From Candidatus Bathyarchaeota archaeon (GTDB taxonomy: Archaea; Thermoproteota; Bathyarchaeia; Bathyarchaeales; Bathycorpusculaceae): a stretch of 64,000 nt of DNA. Both the position numbers and the translations under genes were made by a program. Of the stretch, positions 47,446 to 58,140 are shown one piece after another. Within the stretch, counting starts at the first letter, position 1. Each line of letters starts with the position of its first letter. The stretch covers positions 1-64,000 of the forward strand of contig OY970176.1 in NCBI GenBank assembly GCA_963707955.1, read 5' to 3'. Below the pieces are notes generated by a model, which saw only the letters and a program-made list of their open reading frames with translations, was not told where the DNA came from and did not search any database.

Positions 47446-49147
47446 CTAGTAGGTTCGCGCCGCGGGCGGCCACCTTGTGATAGTGACTGGCGAGTACTCT
47501 AGTCGCGGTCCATCTTTCGTGTAGTACGCCAGTGTGTGTTTCAGCCATTTTTCGTCGTCACGCTTTGGATAATCGGTCCTCGAGTGGGCTCCGCGCGACT
47601 CGTTTCTTGGAAGAGCTCCGACAAAAGTGACCTCGGCTAGCTCCAGCATGAAGTCCAGCTGCAGGGCATTCAGCATGCCAGTGTTGAATTGTCTGCCCTT
47701 GTCTTTCACCTTTATTCTTTTGAATCTCTGCTTCAGCTGTCTTATTTCTTTCAGGCCGTTTTCAAGCTGGTCACCTCTTCGGTAGATCCAGGCTTTCTCA
47801 TTCATCGTGCGCCTCATCTCATCCCTTATTTTGGGCACACTTTCACTGCCCTCGCTTCCCAGTATCCCATCAAAAACCCGCTTTTCTTCTGCCATAAGCC
47901 TTTCATGTTGAATCTCGTGCACACCGTTTCTCAGGGCATGCATGGCAGCTTCCTCGCCTGACACGGCTCCGAAGACTAGGCATTCACTTGTCGAGTTTGT
48001 TCCCAGCCTGTTTGCTCCGTGTATGCTCAGACAGGAGCATTCTCCGGAAGCGTACAATCCAGAAATCGGCGTTTCGGTTCTTATGTTAGCTTTGATTCCT
48101 CCCATCGAGTAGTGAGCCGCGGGTCTGATAGGTATCAACTCCTTTACAGGGTCTACACCGCCGAGTTTCATTGCAACGTCTCGGATCAGCGGCAATCTTA
48201 AGTTGATTTTTTCTTCACCCAAGTGTCTCAGGTCTATTGCTATGTAGGGCCCGTGAGGTCCCTGCAGACCTCTTCCTTCCAGGATTTCCGTCTGCTCAGC
48301 CCTTGAAACAACGTCGCGTGGGGCGAGCTCCATCTTTTCCGGCGCATAACGTTTCATGAAACGCTCGCCCTTCGAGTTGACCAAGTAGCCTCCTTCGCCA
48401 CGGGTCTCCTTCGGTTATCAGCACGCCAGAGGGAACCAAGCCTGTCGGATGAAACTGCACAAATTCCATGTCTTCCAGTGGTGCCCCGGCACGATAGGCC
48501 ATTGCCATTCCGTCGCCGGTTGTTGTGTGTGAAAAAGTGGTGAACTCATAGATGCGTTCGTGACCTCCGGTTGCCATCACGATCGATTTGGCATTGAACG
48601 CGTGCATTTCCCCGCTTTTCATCTCTATGGCCGTCAACCCTGCTGCCCTGTCGTTCTCGACTATGAGCGAGGTGGCGAACCACTCGTCGTAGAACCTGAT
48701 GTTCGGGTATGACGTTGCTTTTCCATACAACGCGTGCATCTCGTGGAATCCGGTCATGTCCGCTGCAAAGCATGCTCGTGGAAACGTGTGACCACCGAAC
48801 GCTCTTTGGTCTATCTTCCCGTCTGGGGTTCGGCTCCATGGGCATCCCCAGTGTTCAGTGAGGACTATTTCTCTTGGAGCCTGTTTTACAAAGGACTCTA
48901 CGACATCTTGGTCTGCTAGGTAATCAGCGCCTTTCACCGTGTCGAAAGCGTGCAGGTCAAACGAGTCCTTTTCACGCATCGCCGCTGCGGTTCCACCCTG
49001 CGCGCACACCGAGTGTGAACGTATCGGGTGGTGCTTTGAGATTACGGCTATATCCAGTTTGTCGCTGACCTCAGCGGCAGCCACCGCAGCTCTAAGACCG
49101 GCTAGGCCGGCTCCGATTATGGCTACGTCGTGAGTGAGTTTTTCCAT
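47446..49147 (-). pseudogene. Fumarate reductase/SDH flavoprotein (TfrA/SdhA-like), +1 frameshift near 48405
   Basis: GAGLAG, RSHSVCAQGG, QFHPTG, HGANRLGTNS, ESRGAH; removing one base restores LITEG-A/T-RGEGGYLVN; may be a sequencing error. Confidence 0.85.
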
Positions 49148-49484
49148 GCCGTTCACCTGGTTGGCAAGTAGTTAGGGATAAGGTAGACTTCTGACCTGCG
49201 CTTTATAGTTTTCCAAACTAGGTTCTGTTAACTCTTGTGGTCTTGCTTGAATAAGGGTTGTCCACGTTAACCGAAGAGCCTTTTTGCCAGACATGCGTGT
49301 GAGTCTCTAAACGGATTGTTTTCCTACGATAGCAGATTAGTTGACAGTTTCTAGGTGCATTCTGTTGACTCTTCGGAGCCTAAACAAGGAGAGCGCGCGC
49401 GCTCACCCGTCAAGTTACTAGAACCCTGCGAGCAAATACTTAAGTGCACGAACCTTAGAACGCATATCTAGAGGTGAATTCCGC

Positions 49485-49865
49485 GTGACATCTCATTACC
49501 TGAGGTGCAATGTGAACGGTTCATTCGAGAAGGTCTTCCAAGAATTGGGAGCGGAATTTGGGGACATATACGCAAGAAAGTTTGGGAAGGCCGGAGAATC
49601 TTTGACAGGAGTCATCTTGGGAGAACACTTTTTTTTCAGAGTTAAGAACGACGCAGCATTGTTAATCACTCTGGAAGAAGTCACGAGCACTGAGACGAGA
49701 CTCGAGATTATCGCATGCGCTGCAGGGTCTGGGCTTCTGGGAATATCCTACGGTGCCCACGACTCCTACGTTCACACGGTGGAAGATTTCCTTGCCAAAT
49801 CAGGCTTCACAGTGCAGGTTGAACAGGAGACCAGTTATTTCGACCGAAACACCCCACTTGGTTGA
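49485..49865 (+). CDS. Hypothetical protein, DUF6054-like
   Basis: EHFFFRV..., IACAAGSGLLGISYGA pattern; GAGGTGA RBS. Confidence 0.5.
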   Translation: MTSHYLRCNVNGSFEKVFQELGAEFGDIYARKFGKAGESLTGVILGEHFFFRVKNDAALLITLEEVTSTETRLEIIACAAGSGLLGISYGAHDSYVHTVEDFLAKSGFTVQVEQETSYFDRNTPLG

Positions 49866-50077
49866 GGCACAATAAAGTCTTTGCAGTTATTACCTATCAG
49901 TAGCCTGAAAACTATGGATCGAGATTTGCATGAAGGTATTCCATACTTCTATGCCGAGCCCATGAGAGTTTACGGAACCCTAAATCCTGACCCCAACGTG
50001 TTTATTCCTCATTATCGATTTTGTGTGTTTTACAAGATTTTTATACTCCCCTGTTCATCCTAGCTTGTGATGGTCTT

Positions 50078-51031
50078 ATGTTTGATGCTAAGAAATTCAT
50101 AGAAGGCACTGTTGAGGAGATAAGACGCAGGATAAAGGGCGTTGCTATTATCGGGGTTTCTGGCGGCGTTGACTCTACTGTTGCCGCGGTGTTGGTTAAC
50201 AGGGCCATTGGGAAGAGTCTGCGGTGTGTTTTGGTCGACACTGGCTACATGAGGAGGAATGAGATAGTCAACAATCAGAAATTGCTGGAGAAGCTGGGGT
50301 TAAATGTACTTGTTGTGGATGTGAAGGAACGGTTTTATGAAAAGTTGAAGGGTGTTGTTGACCCGGAGCAGAAGAGGAAGGTCATAGGTGAGCTTTTCAT
50401 AAGGGTCTTCGAGGAAGTTGCGAAGAAAGAGGATGCTAGATTCTTTGTTCAGGGCACGATTGCGCCAGACTGGATAGAGAGCGGAGGGGGACTCAGGGAC
50501 AGGATTAAGTCTCATCACAACGTTGGCGGTCTGCCCGAGAGGATAGAGTTTGAAATTGTTGAGCCGCTTAGAGACTTGTATAAGGATGAGGTCAGAATCG
50601 TTGGACAAACGCTGGGGTTGCCTAAGGATATTTATGAGAGACAGCCTTTTCCTGGTCCCGGGTTGGCCGTGAGGATTCTCGGCGAGGCTAGTCCGGACAG
50701 TGCGAGAATCGTGCGAGAAGCGTGCGCTATAGTCGAGGAGGAGATCGAGAATGCCGTCGCAAAAAATGAGATGAGTAGGCCCTGGCAGTACTTTGCTGTT
50801 CTGCTGCCCTGTAAGACCGTTGGTGTTCACGGTGACGTCAGGGTCTACAGAAGCATGGTCTCAGTCCGTGCTGTTGAAAGCCTAGACGGGATGAGCGCTG
50901 CTTACTCGAAGATTCCTCACGTGGTGTTGGAGAGAATATCCGTCAGAATAACAAACGCTTTAAAGGATGATGTTGGCAGGGTTGTTTTTGACGTTACGAA
51001 CAAGCCCCCGGGGACTATTGAGTATGAGTAA
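50078..51031 (+). CDS. guaAB: GMP synthase ATP-pyrophosphatase subunit B
   Basis: SGGVDS, DPEQKRKVIG, IKSHHNVGG, PFPGPGLAVR, KPPGTIEYE. Confidence 0.95.
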   Translation: MFDAKKFIEGTVEEIRRRIKGVAIIGVSGGVDSTVAAVLVNRAIGKSLRCVLVDTGYMRRNEIVNNQKLLEKLGLNVLVVDVKERFYEKLKGVVDPEQKRKVIGELFIRVFEEVAKKEDARFFVQGTIAPDWIESGGGLRDRIKSHHNVGGLPERIEFEIVEPLRDLYKDEVRIVGQTLGLPKDIYERQPFPGPGLAVRILGEASPDSARIVREACAIVEEEIENAVAKNEMSRPWQYFAVLLPCKTVGVHGDVRVYRSMVSVRAVESLDGMSAAYSKIPHVVLERISVRITNALKDDVGRVVFDVTNKPPGTIEYE

Positions 51032-51599
51032 AACCGCGAGAGTCTACGTTATCGACAACGGTGGACAGTGGACTCACAGGATCTGGAGGGTTCTGCGAGA
51101 GATAGGATGCGAAACGAAGATCATTCCGAACACGACTCCCGTGAGCGAGATAGAAGCCGATGCGCTGGTTCTGAGCGGCGGCGCACCCCGAGTCGCGTGG
51201 GAATCTCCCAGACTGGGCAACTGCACTGACTATTTGAACGATTTTCACGGTCCGATAATGGGCATATGCGTTGGGCTTCAGTTGATGGCCATCCACTGCG
51301 GAGGCAAGGCCGGGCCGTCGAAGGTTCCAGAATACGGGTTGGCCAAGATCAGAGTCATCGAAGAGGATGACCTGTTCAAGGGACTGCCGAAAGAGTTCCT
51401 TGTTTGGGAGTCGCACAACGACGAGGTGAAAGATGCACCGGACTTTAGGGTTCTTGCGGTTTCAGATAACTGCAGCGTCCAGGCAGTTAAACACTTGGAG
51501 AGGCCCTACTATGGGGTTCAGTTCCATCCAGAAGTGAACAACACTGAGCATGGTGAAGAGATCTACAGGAATTTTGTAAGCATAGTCGAAACAAGATGA
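51024..51599 (+). CDS. guaAA: GMP synthase glutamine amidotransferase subunit A
   Basis: DNGGQW, GICVGLQ, SHNDEV, QFHPEV. Confidence 0.93.
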   Translation: MSKTARVYVIDNGGQWTHRIWRVLREIGCETKIIPNTTPVSEIEADALVLSGGAPRVAWESPRLGNCTDYLNDFHGPIMGICVGLQLMAIHCGGKAGPSKVPEYGLAKIRVIEEDDLFKGLPKEFLVWESHNDEVKDAPDFRVLAVSDNCSVQAVKHLERPYYGVQFHPEVNNTEHGEEIYRNFVSIVETR

Positions 51600-51876
51600 C
51601 AAATCGGAACTCATACTCCGATTTGAGTCGTCAAGAATTTCGGGAGATATCGCCTCGCGGGGCTGCGAGCCCTGGATTAGACCAAAACATTGAAATCTCA
51701 AGTTGACTGCTTCTAAAGTGGACTATGAAGAAATCGAGGTACGAGTACGCTTTTGCGGATGACATCTTTTTCCGCTGCTGAGTCCAAAAAAACCTTCACA
51801 CGTCAGATTGTAGTCAACAGTCGAGGCTCTGAAAGCAAGGATTTTGCAAACAAAGAAAGGGGATGGGAGAAAGATG

Positions 51877-52095
51877 TTAACGTTCTGGAGTTCCGCTGAT
51901 GTAGGCCCAAATGCTCACTAGGAAAACTGTTAGGCAAGCTCCGGCGAGTCCTGACAACAGATACCCTGCGCTGAGGAATGCGGGCAGCACTGCAGCGAGA
52001 GCTGGAATGGCATATGTGGCTGCGAGGTCTGCTATGACTCCTGCGAAGAATCCTAGGATTGCGATGAAGAGGAACATCTTTAGCCTTTCGCCCAT
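51877..52095 (-). CDS. Small two-TM membrane protein
   Basis: Hydrophobic ORF with AGGTGA RBS, divergent from the cdv cluster. Confidence 0.6.
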   Translation of the reverse strand: MGERLKMFLFIAILGFFAGVIADLAATYAIPALAAVLPAFLSAGYLLSGLAGACLTVFLVSIWAYISGTPER

Positions 52096-52322
52096 TATTT
52101 TCACCTTTTGCTTACAATTGAATTCAAGCCGCTTTTTAGTCTAACTTACACTTTTCTGTCTATTCTCAGAAAAGCGGCAACATTGTCTTTTAGTTGGAAA
52201 ATTAAAGGCCAAAACCGCTCTGAACGGGACGTATAGCTCCACATATATCCGCGCATATTCTCACCATGTTAACAATGCATAAGCTGGTTTTATGCGACTT
52301 CTGTTTTTAGGAGGTAATTAAT

Positions 52323-52994
52323 TTGTCAGAAAGGTTTAGCAAGAAATGGGAATCGAGAAGAGAAGAACAACCGTTTCCGAACAAGCTCAAGGAGACAATA
52401 AGGCCACCTGGTCCTCTGAAGCCACGTTTAGACTTTGCTGTCAGACGTATTGATCTGCAAGTTCAGAAGCTCGATCAAGCTACAGACAGATTCGGCCAAA
52501 GAGACAAGACGATCTTTGCGAGAATAGTTGACGCTTACACCAAACACGACACTGCTCGCGCAAATGTCTTCGCCAACGAGTTAGCAGAGATACGAAAAAT
52601 GGAAAGGCTCATCATTAATGCCAGACTCGCGCTCGAACAGATCGTGTTAAGATTACGCACTGTGTCAGAACTAGGAGACGTAGTGTCCACACTGGGCCCA
52701 GCAGTCGGTGTCCTACGGTCAGTCAAGGCGGGACTCGTGAGCGTTTTTCCAGAGGCAGAGAGCGAACTTGGCGAGATAGGCAACTTGCTGAGTGGCATAA
52801 TGATGGAAGCTGGAACAAATTCAGGGATGACAATGGACTTCAACACGGTTAACGAAGACGCGGCCAAAATTCTCACAGAAGCATCGACAGTCGCAGAGCA
52901 GAGAATCAAGGAGAAGTTCCCAGACCTGCCACCAGGAATCCCAGGACTTCCAGCAGCCCCAGTAGGCGAGAAATCTTCGACAGAGACCTCATAG
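52323..52994 (+). CDS. ESCRT-III/Snf7 (CdvB paralog)
   Basis: ANELAEIRK, ALEQIVLRLRTV, EDAAKILTEA. Confidence 0.9.
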   Translation: MSERFSKKWESRREEQPFPNKLKETIRPPGPLKPRLDFAVRRIDLQVQKLDQATDRFGQRDKTIFARIVDAYTKHDTARANVFANELAEIRKMERLIINARLALEQIVLRLRTVSELGDVVSTLGPAVGVLRSVKAGLVSVFPEAESELGEIGNLLSGIMMEAGTNSGMTMDFNTVNEDAAKILTEASTVAEQRIKEKFPDLPPGIPGLPAAPVGEKSSTETS

Positions 52995-53002
52995 AACAGG
53001 GG

Positions 53003-53731
53003 ATGGAAACCATGTCACAAAACCCCAACCTTTTTCTTTCCCTTGGAAAGCAAGTTAAGGACGAGTACGGATGTACGATAGGAAAGATTGCATCCTTCGC
53101 TGTAACCCCAAGCGGGAAATTTGACTCCGTCTTTATCGAACTTGGCGACGGAAGAATCTCAAAACACTCTTCTGAGCTCCTCAAGTTGGAAGGTGCTAAC
53201 GTAACTCTAACATCTAACATAAAGGCTCAAGCAGCTATCCTGTGCGATCAGATCCCCCTCATTTGGCGCAAAGACCAAGCCCTCAGAGACTTGTCGGAAA
53301 AGAAGAAGATCTCCAAAGAGATGTACACTGAGCTGCACACCAGCTTCGACGGCGTGCTAGCCCAGCTTAGGACCGAAGCTCAAGCTCTCATGGAGGACAT
53401 AGACAATGAAATTGCAAGGTGCGTTGACGAAACGAAGGCCCTAAACTACGCGTTCGTGCACCTCGAACTCGAACATGAGATAGGAAAACTGGACAACCAA
53501 TCCTATGAGACGGCCTTCGCAATAGTTCAGGAAAGCCTCAAGAGAGTCCACATGGAGAAGACCGACCTAGACCTCACAAGGAGCAAGCTCTCAAACATTC
53601 TCTTAGGTGATCAAGCCAAAAACAAGGGGATCGAAGGATCGAAAGCAGTGAGTTCTGCTTCATCCTCTCCAGGGCTTCCAGAGCCGCCTGTAGTAGTCTA
53701 CGTGAAGGAAATCGGAAAGACTGGCATTTAG
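53003..53731 (+). CDS. cdvA: CdvA-like cell division protein
   Basis: PRC-barrel-like N-terminus (LGKQVKDEYG), coiled coil, LELEHEIGKL, C-terminal PVVVYV strand. Confidence 0.85.
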   Translation: METMSQNPNLFLSLGKQVKDEYGCTIGKIASFAVTPSGKFDSVFIELGDGRISKHSSELLKLEGANVTLTSNIKAQAAILCDQIPLIWRKDQALRDLSEKKKISKEMYTELHTSFDGVLAQLRTEAQALMEDIDNEIARCVDETKALNYAFVHLELEHEIGKLDNQSYETAFAIVQESLKRVHMEKTDLDLTRSKLSNILLGDQAKNKGIEGSKAVSSASSSPGLPEPPVVVYVKEIGKTGI

Positions 53732-53767
53732 GATCGAAACAGGAAAGCGGCGGCGGAGGGAGAGCTC

Positions 53768-54667
53768 ATCAAAAGTTTCATTCGTTCGCACCCTCCACCA
53801 TTTCGCGAAACTGTTCTCAAGTCCGTTCAGACCCTGAGAATTGAGCAGGGCAAGCTTGGACTGGCAGCTCACAGACTCAAAAACAGGCACGATTTCCTCT
53901 TCCAAACTTGCGTCAGCGCATTGAGAAACAAGAACAGGGAAAGAGCCGCAATATGTGCAAACGAGATTTCTGAAGTCCGAAAACTCCTGCAATTTCTCCA
54001 CAGCGTAGAGCTGGCAATAGAACGTGTAGTTCTGAGGCTTGAAACCGTAAAAGAGCTAAGCGAGATCGTCGTCGACCTGAAACCCGCTTTGAGACTTCTC
54101 CAAAGTGTCTCGCAGGAGCTGATTTCGGTTCTTCCTGACGTTTCGTCTGAACTGTGCAAAGTCAACGATACCATTAGTGAGACGCTCTACTCGACCAAGA
54201 TAACGACTGATGAATCCGTGATACCCGTGAATTGGAAAACACCCGGCGGTCAAGAGATACTCAATGAAGTCTCAGGCTATCTTGAGAAGAAGCTCGCTGA
54301 GGACCTTCCCGAACCGCCCGCCGCTCAGAAAATCGCAGATGCTGAGAAAACCACGATAAAACAGATGGTGGCAATAGCTTCTGGCATAACAGAATCAGCA
54401 GGCAGGAAATCCGTTGAGGAATCCGGAAGAGATTCTTCTCAAACTCTCTTTTCTTATAAGAAAGCCGAGATTAAGGAAATCTCCTTAAAGGTTGAAAATT
54501 CACAACTAGAAGACATTCTTCTAGATTATGTTAAGAAGACCAACGGACAGATTGACTTGGCACGTTGCTCAGTTGATTTGGAAACCTCAAATGAGGAGAT
54601 CGAAAAGGCCCTTCATAATCTAGGGTCTAAGGGGAAAATAAAGATCGAACTGAAAAATGGAGAGTAG
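53768..54667 (+). CDS. cdvB: CdvB (ESCRT-III) with C-terminal winged helix; probable non-canonical ATC start
   Basis: ANEISEVRK, AIERVVLRLETV, LPEPP linker, wH (ILLDYVKKTNGQID); helix-1 homology extends upstream of TTG 53921. Confidence 0.8.
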   Translation: MKSFIRSHPPPFRETVLKSVQTLRIEQGKLGLAAHRLKNRHDFLFQTCVSALRNKNRERAAICANEISEVRKLLQFLHSVELAIERVVLRLETVKELSEIVVDLKPALRLLQSVSQELISVLPDVSSELCKVNDTISETLYSTKITTDESVIPVNWKTPGGQEILNEVSGYLEKKLAEDLPEPPAAQKIADAEKTTIKQMVAIASGITESAGRKSVEESGRDSSQTLFSYKKAEIKEISLKVENSQLEDILLDYVKKTNGQIDLARCSVDLETSNEEIEKALHNLGSKGKIKIELKNGE

Positions 54668-54672
54668 AAGGT

Positions 54673-55851
54673 ATGAGCGCTTCACAAGAGCTTGAGAAAT
54701 CCGCAACCAACTACGCGTTGGAAGCGGTACGCTTGGACAAGCAAGGGTCCAAAGGTATGGCAATAACCATGTACCAGAAGGCTATAGAAAGCCTCTTGCA
54801 GCTTGTCCAGCTGTATCCTGAGTACAACCTGAACAAGGTCTACGTGCAAAGAGCAATCGCGTATCAAGAGCGGATTAAGGCTATTCAAGGCGCAGTGATC
54901 ACTTTTCGGGAACAACCACACATTGAAGCGAGAAACGGTGACATTGAAGGCGAACCTAAGAGCAGTGAGGGCGGCAAGTCCAGCTATGAGGAGTTGATAG
55001 TAACAGAGAAGCCTAAAGTCAAATGGGAAGAAGTTGTTGGGCTTGATCCGGCGAAGAAGGCAGTGAAGGAAGCAATAATCTACCCAGTTGAGAGGCCAGA
55101 CCTGTTCCCACTGGGCTGGCCACGGGGAATACTGCTCTTCGGACCACCTGGTTGCGGAAAAACACTGTTGGCAGCGGCCGTCGCGACAGAAATAGACGCA
55201 ACCTTTGTTTCAATAGACGCAGCTTCAATAATGTCGAAATGGTTAGGCGAGGCTGAGCAGAACGTTGCACGTCTCTTTGGTCAAGTGAGAAAATCAGCAG
55301 TGGAAGGTAAACCTGCTATAGTTTTCGTCGATGAATTGGAGTCGTTGATGGGAAAACATTCAAACGAGGTTGGAGGTGAGATTCGCGTTCGAAACCAGTT
55401 CTTGAAAGAGATGGACGGGATAATGGACAAAGGCAAGAACCTTCACGTGTACGTTATTGGAGCAACAAACAAACCTTGGGATTTGGACTGGGCTTTCATA
55501 AGGAGGTTCCAGAAAAGGATCTTGGTGCCTCTGCCAGATCACCATACGAGGTTGATGATGTTCAATCTCTACACCACTAATCTGCAATTGGCGCCTGATG
55601 TTGACCTGCATGAGCTCGCAAGACTTTCAGAAGGGTTCTCTGGAAGCGACATAAGAGATGTTAACCAGTCGGCACAGCTGAAACTCATAGGTGAATTCTT
55701 CGAGTCAGGAAAGGCAAGCGATAAAATGGCAAAGCCTCGACCCTTGACAATGGATGATTTCAGACAGATACTTGAAGAGAGAAAACCCAGCGTATCCCTC
55801 GACATGGTCGCCTTGTACACACGATGGTTTGAAGCCTTCAAGGCCCTCTAG
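54673..55851 (+). CDS. cdvC: CdvC/Vps4 AAA+ ATPase
   Basis: MIT domain, GPPGCGKT, MSKWLGE, FVDE, RRFQKR. Confidence 0.95.
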   Translation: MSASQELEKSATNYALEAVRLDKQGSKGMAITMYQKAIESLLQLVQLYPEYNLNKVYVQRAIAYQERIKAIQGAVITFREQPHIEARNGDIEGEPKSSEGGKSSYEELIVTEKPKVKWEEVVGLDPAKKAVKEAIIYPVERPDLFPLGWPRGILLFGPPGCGKTLLAAAVATEIDATFVSIDAASIMSKWLGEAEQNVARLFGQVRKSAVEGKPAIVFVDELESLMGKHSNEVGGEIRVRNQFLKEMDGIMDKGKNLHVYVIGATNKPWDLDWAFIRRFQKRILVPLPDHHTRLMMFNLYTTNLQLAPDVDLHELARLSEGFSGSDIRDVNQSAQLKLIGEFFESGKASDKMAKPRPLTMDDFRQILEERKPSVSLDMVALYTRWFEAFKAL

Positions 55852-55992
55852 AAGGAGATGATGCAACAAGAGTGTGTTGAACTGTCGGGTGGAAAGGTTT
55901 GGAGAATTACCTTGAATTTTTAACCTATCTCCTTTCTCCCATCTCCCCCTCAGATAATCTCCCCAAACCCCACAACCCTGACACAACACAAC

Positions 55993-56529
55993 TCAAGTTG
56001 CAGCCTTTTTCTTAACAATTCTCTCAATTAGATCTGCAAGTCTTTCAGAGTCTTCCCGTATGTCCACGTATGGAATTCGCTTTAGGCCTGACTTGGGCTG
56101 ATAAGGTCCTGTGAAAGCCAGTATAGGATTGAAAATCTCCAAGCTTTCCGCAGTTTCTTCAAGGGATCTCACTACGGCAATTTTGTAGATAGACTTGTTT
56201 TCGGCAACCAGTTTTCGAAAGCCTTCAAGAAAAACCAAATCGCTGTCCCTGCATTTTCGCAGGATTGCCCTTAAGGAAAGGTTTCTGGACTCCGTTTTCT
56301 CAATCGTTGCGATCTCAGCAGCTGATACAGCGACCACAATCTTGGCTCCCGACCGCGCGAACTTCCAAGTGTCTTTTCCCTTCGTGTCAATCGTAAAATC
56401 TGGTTCAGGGATATGCTTCACGGCTGCGATCTTGTATCCCCTTTGCGTAAGCTCTTTGGTCAAGATCTCTATCGTTATTGTCTTCCCTGACTTTTTTCCT
56501 CCGACAACGGCTATCACAACGGGTAGCAT
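55993..56529 (-). CDS. mobB: Molybdopterin-guanine dinucleotide biosynthesis protein B
   Basis: VVGGKKSGKT, AVKH, DT.GKDT, VFLEGF. Confidence 0.9.
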   Translation of the reverse strand: MLPVVIAVVGGKKSGKTITIEILTKELTQRGYKIAAVKHIPEPDFTIDTKGKDTWKFARSGAKIVVAVSAAEIATIEKTESRNLSLRAILRKCRDSDLVFLEGFRKLVAENKSIYKIAVVRSLEETAESLEIFNPILAFTGPYQPKSGLKRIPYVDIREDSERLADLIERIVKKKAAT

Positions 56530-56541
56530 GGTGATATCCTG

Positions 56542-57009
56542 CTACTCCATCTCTTCAGTAAAGACCTTTCTTAAAGTGCCCCTATCCACGTGCAGTTTCT
56601 CTGCAAGGTCTTTCACCCATCGAATGTAAGCCCTGAAAAGGTCTTGTAATATCTCTGCTTTCTCCTCTTGAGAAAGGTCCCTTTGTTCAGCCAGCAGCAG
56701 CGCAAACCACCTTCCAGCATCCGAAAGCAGATAGACTTTAACCCACATGATACGCCCTTTTTCCTCAACTTTCTCCATGCTCTCTTTCATTATTCGAAGT
56801 CTTGTCAGCGATTTCAAATTCTCAATGATGGTTTTGTTTGAGTAGGACAGTTTTTTCACAAGATCTTTCTGGTAGATCTTGTTCGAAATGCCGTTTTTCA
56901 AGGAGAACCTCAGGACGTCGACAGCTGCTTTTGAGCCGAAAATCGCACTCAGTATCTTTGTTTTTTGTTCGGATGGAAGGAACACTACATACGGATGTAA
57001 ATCTTCCAC
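56542..57009 (-). CDS. Winged-helix DNA-binding hypothetical protein
   Basis: YQKDL...YSNKTIIENLKSL HTH-like segment. Confidence 0.6.
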   Translation of the reverse strand: MEDLHPYVVFLPSEQKTKILSAIFGSKAAVDVLRFSLKNGISNKIYQKDLVKKLSYSNKTIIENLKSLTRLRIMKESMEKVEEKGRIMWVKVYLLSDAGRWFALLLAEQRDLSQEEKAEILQDLFRAYIRWVKDLAEKLHVDRGTLRKVFTEEME

Positions 57010-57108
57010 TAGGACTCACCGCACTCAGCTCTGCAGTATTCCTGCTTTAAACGTTACGGCTTTGTGCAATAGGTTTTTTTAACACTATGAACCAGTCTAT
57101 CGCGGTGC

Positions 57109-58140
57109 ATCAAGACGAACGTTGACAGCTGGATTCCTGAGGACGGAGACACTTTCATAACCAAAGCGGGGTTCATATTCAACGTTTTCGGATATGAGCA
57201 TCCAACTGGTAGAGTCTTTGCCTTCTTGAAATACATTCCAGCCAAGTCCAAGAAACTCTTCAACATCGCATATCTGAACAACACTTGGAACTACAGAAGG
57301 CAGAAAGTTTTCCGGGCAGAGAAGCTCTACACTGCCCAAAACTACCAGAGTTTCCTTGAGACTTTTAGACACAATTTTCCCAGCTACGTGTATTTCTGCC
57401 AGTACAGGGGCAAAGAGGTTATAACGGCACCCTTGAACTCTGTTAAAGATATTTATGTGCCAAAAGAGTGTCTGCACCGTTTGGCAAAGCTTCAGACCAG
57501 GGACAGTCTGCAAAACGCTGCGTTGGAGCTTATCAAACTGCTGTCAAGCGAGTCACAAATCGACACTGAAGACTTCGGAATCCACGGTTCAATTGCTTTG
57601 AACATGCACACGCCAAAGTCGGACATGGACTTAGTAGTCTATGGAGCGCAAAACTTTCGCAAAGTTGAGGCAGCAATAAATAAACTTGCCGAAGCAGGGA
57701 CGCTCAGTTACATGTCCAAGAATCGTATAGACGCAGCGAGACAATGCAAGGGAAAATACCAAGGCGAAATATTCATGTACAACGCAGTCCGAAAGCCTGA
57801 GGAAGTCAATTCAAAATACGGGACAGCTAAGTATCATCCCATTGCCCCTGTCAGGTTCTGCTGCACGGTAAAAGACGATTCTGAAGCGATGTTTCGCCCA
57901 GCCATTTACGGAATTGAAAATTACGTTCCAGCCGACAGAGGGTCAACCTTAAGGGAGGACAAAGTGCCCAACCAGGTGGTCTCAATGATCGGGTGTTACC
58001 GGAATGTTGCCCGGCGAGGCGACAGGATCCGAGTTTCCGGAATGCTGGAGCGTGTTGAAAACCTCGAAACAGGACAGGTTTCTCATCAAGTAGTCGTCGG
58101 CACTGGCACAGGTGAGGAAGAGCACATTTGGCCGCTCTGA
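57109..58140 (+). CDS. COG1665-like archaeal nucleotidyltransferase, paralog 1
   Basis: GIHGS...SDMDLVVYG; family N-terminus [20 protein letters not shown] lies upstream of the ORF-track start; candidate ATC start 57109. Confidence 0.7.
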   Translation: MKTNVDSWIPEDGDTFITKAGFIFNVFGYEHPTGRVFAFLKYIPAKSKKLFNIAYLNNTWNYRRQKVFRAEKLYTAQNYQSFLETFRHNFPSYVYFCQYRGKEVITAPLNSVKDIYVPKECLHRLAKLQTRDSLQNAALELIKLLSSESQIDTEDFGIHGSIALNMHTPKSDMDLVVYGAQNFRKVEAAINKLAEAGTLSYMSKNRIDAARQCKGKYQGEIFMYNAVRKPEEVNSKYGTAKYHPIAPVRFCCTVKDDSEAMFRPAIYGIENYVPADRGSTLREDKVPNQVVSMIGCYRNVARRGDRIRVSGMLERVENLETGQVSHQVVVGTGTGEEEHIWPL

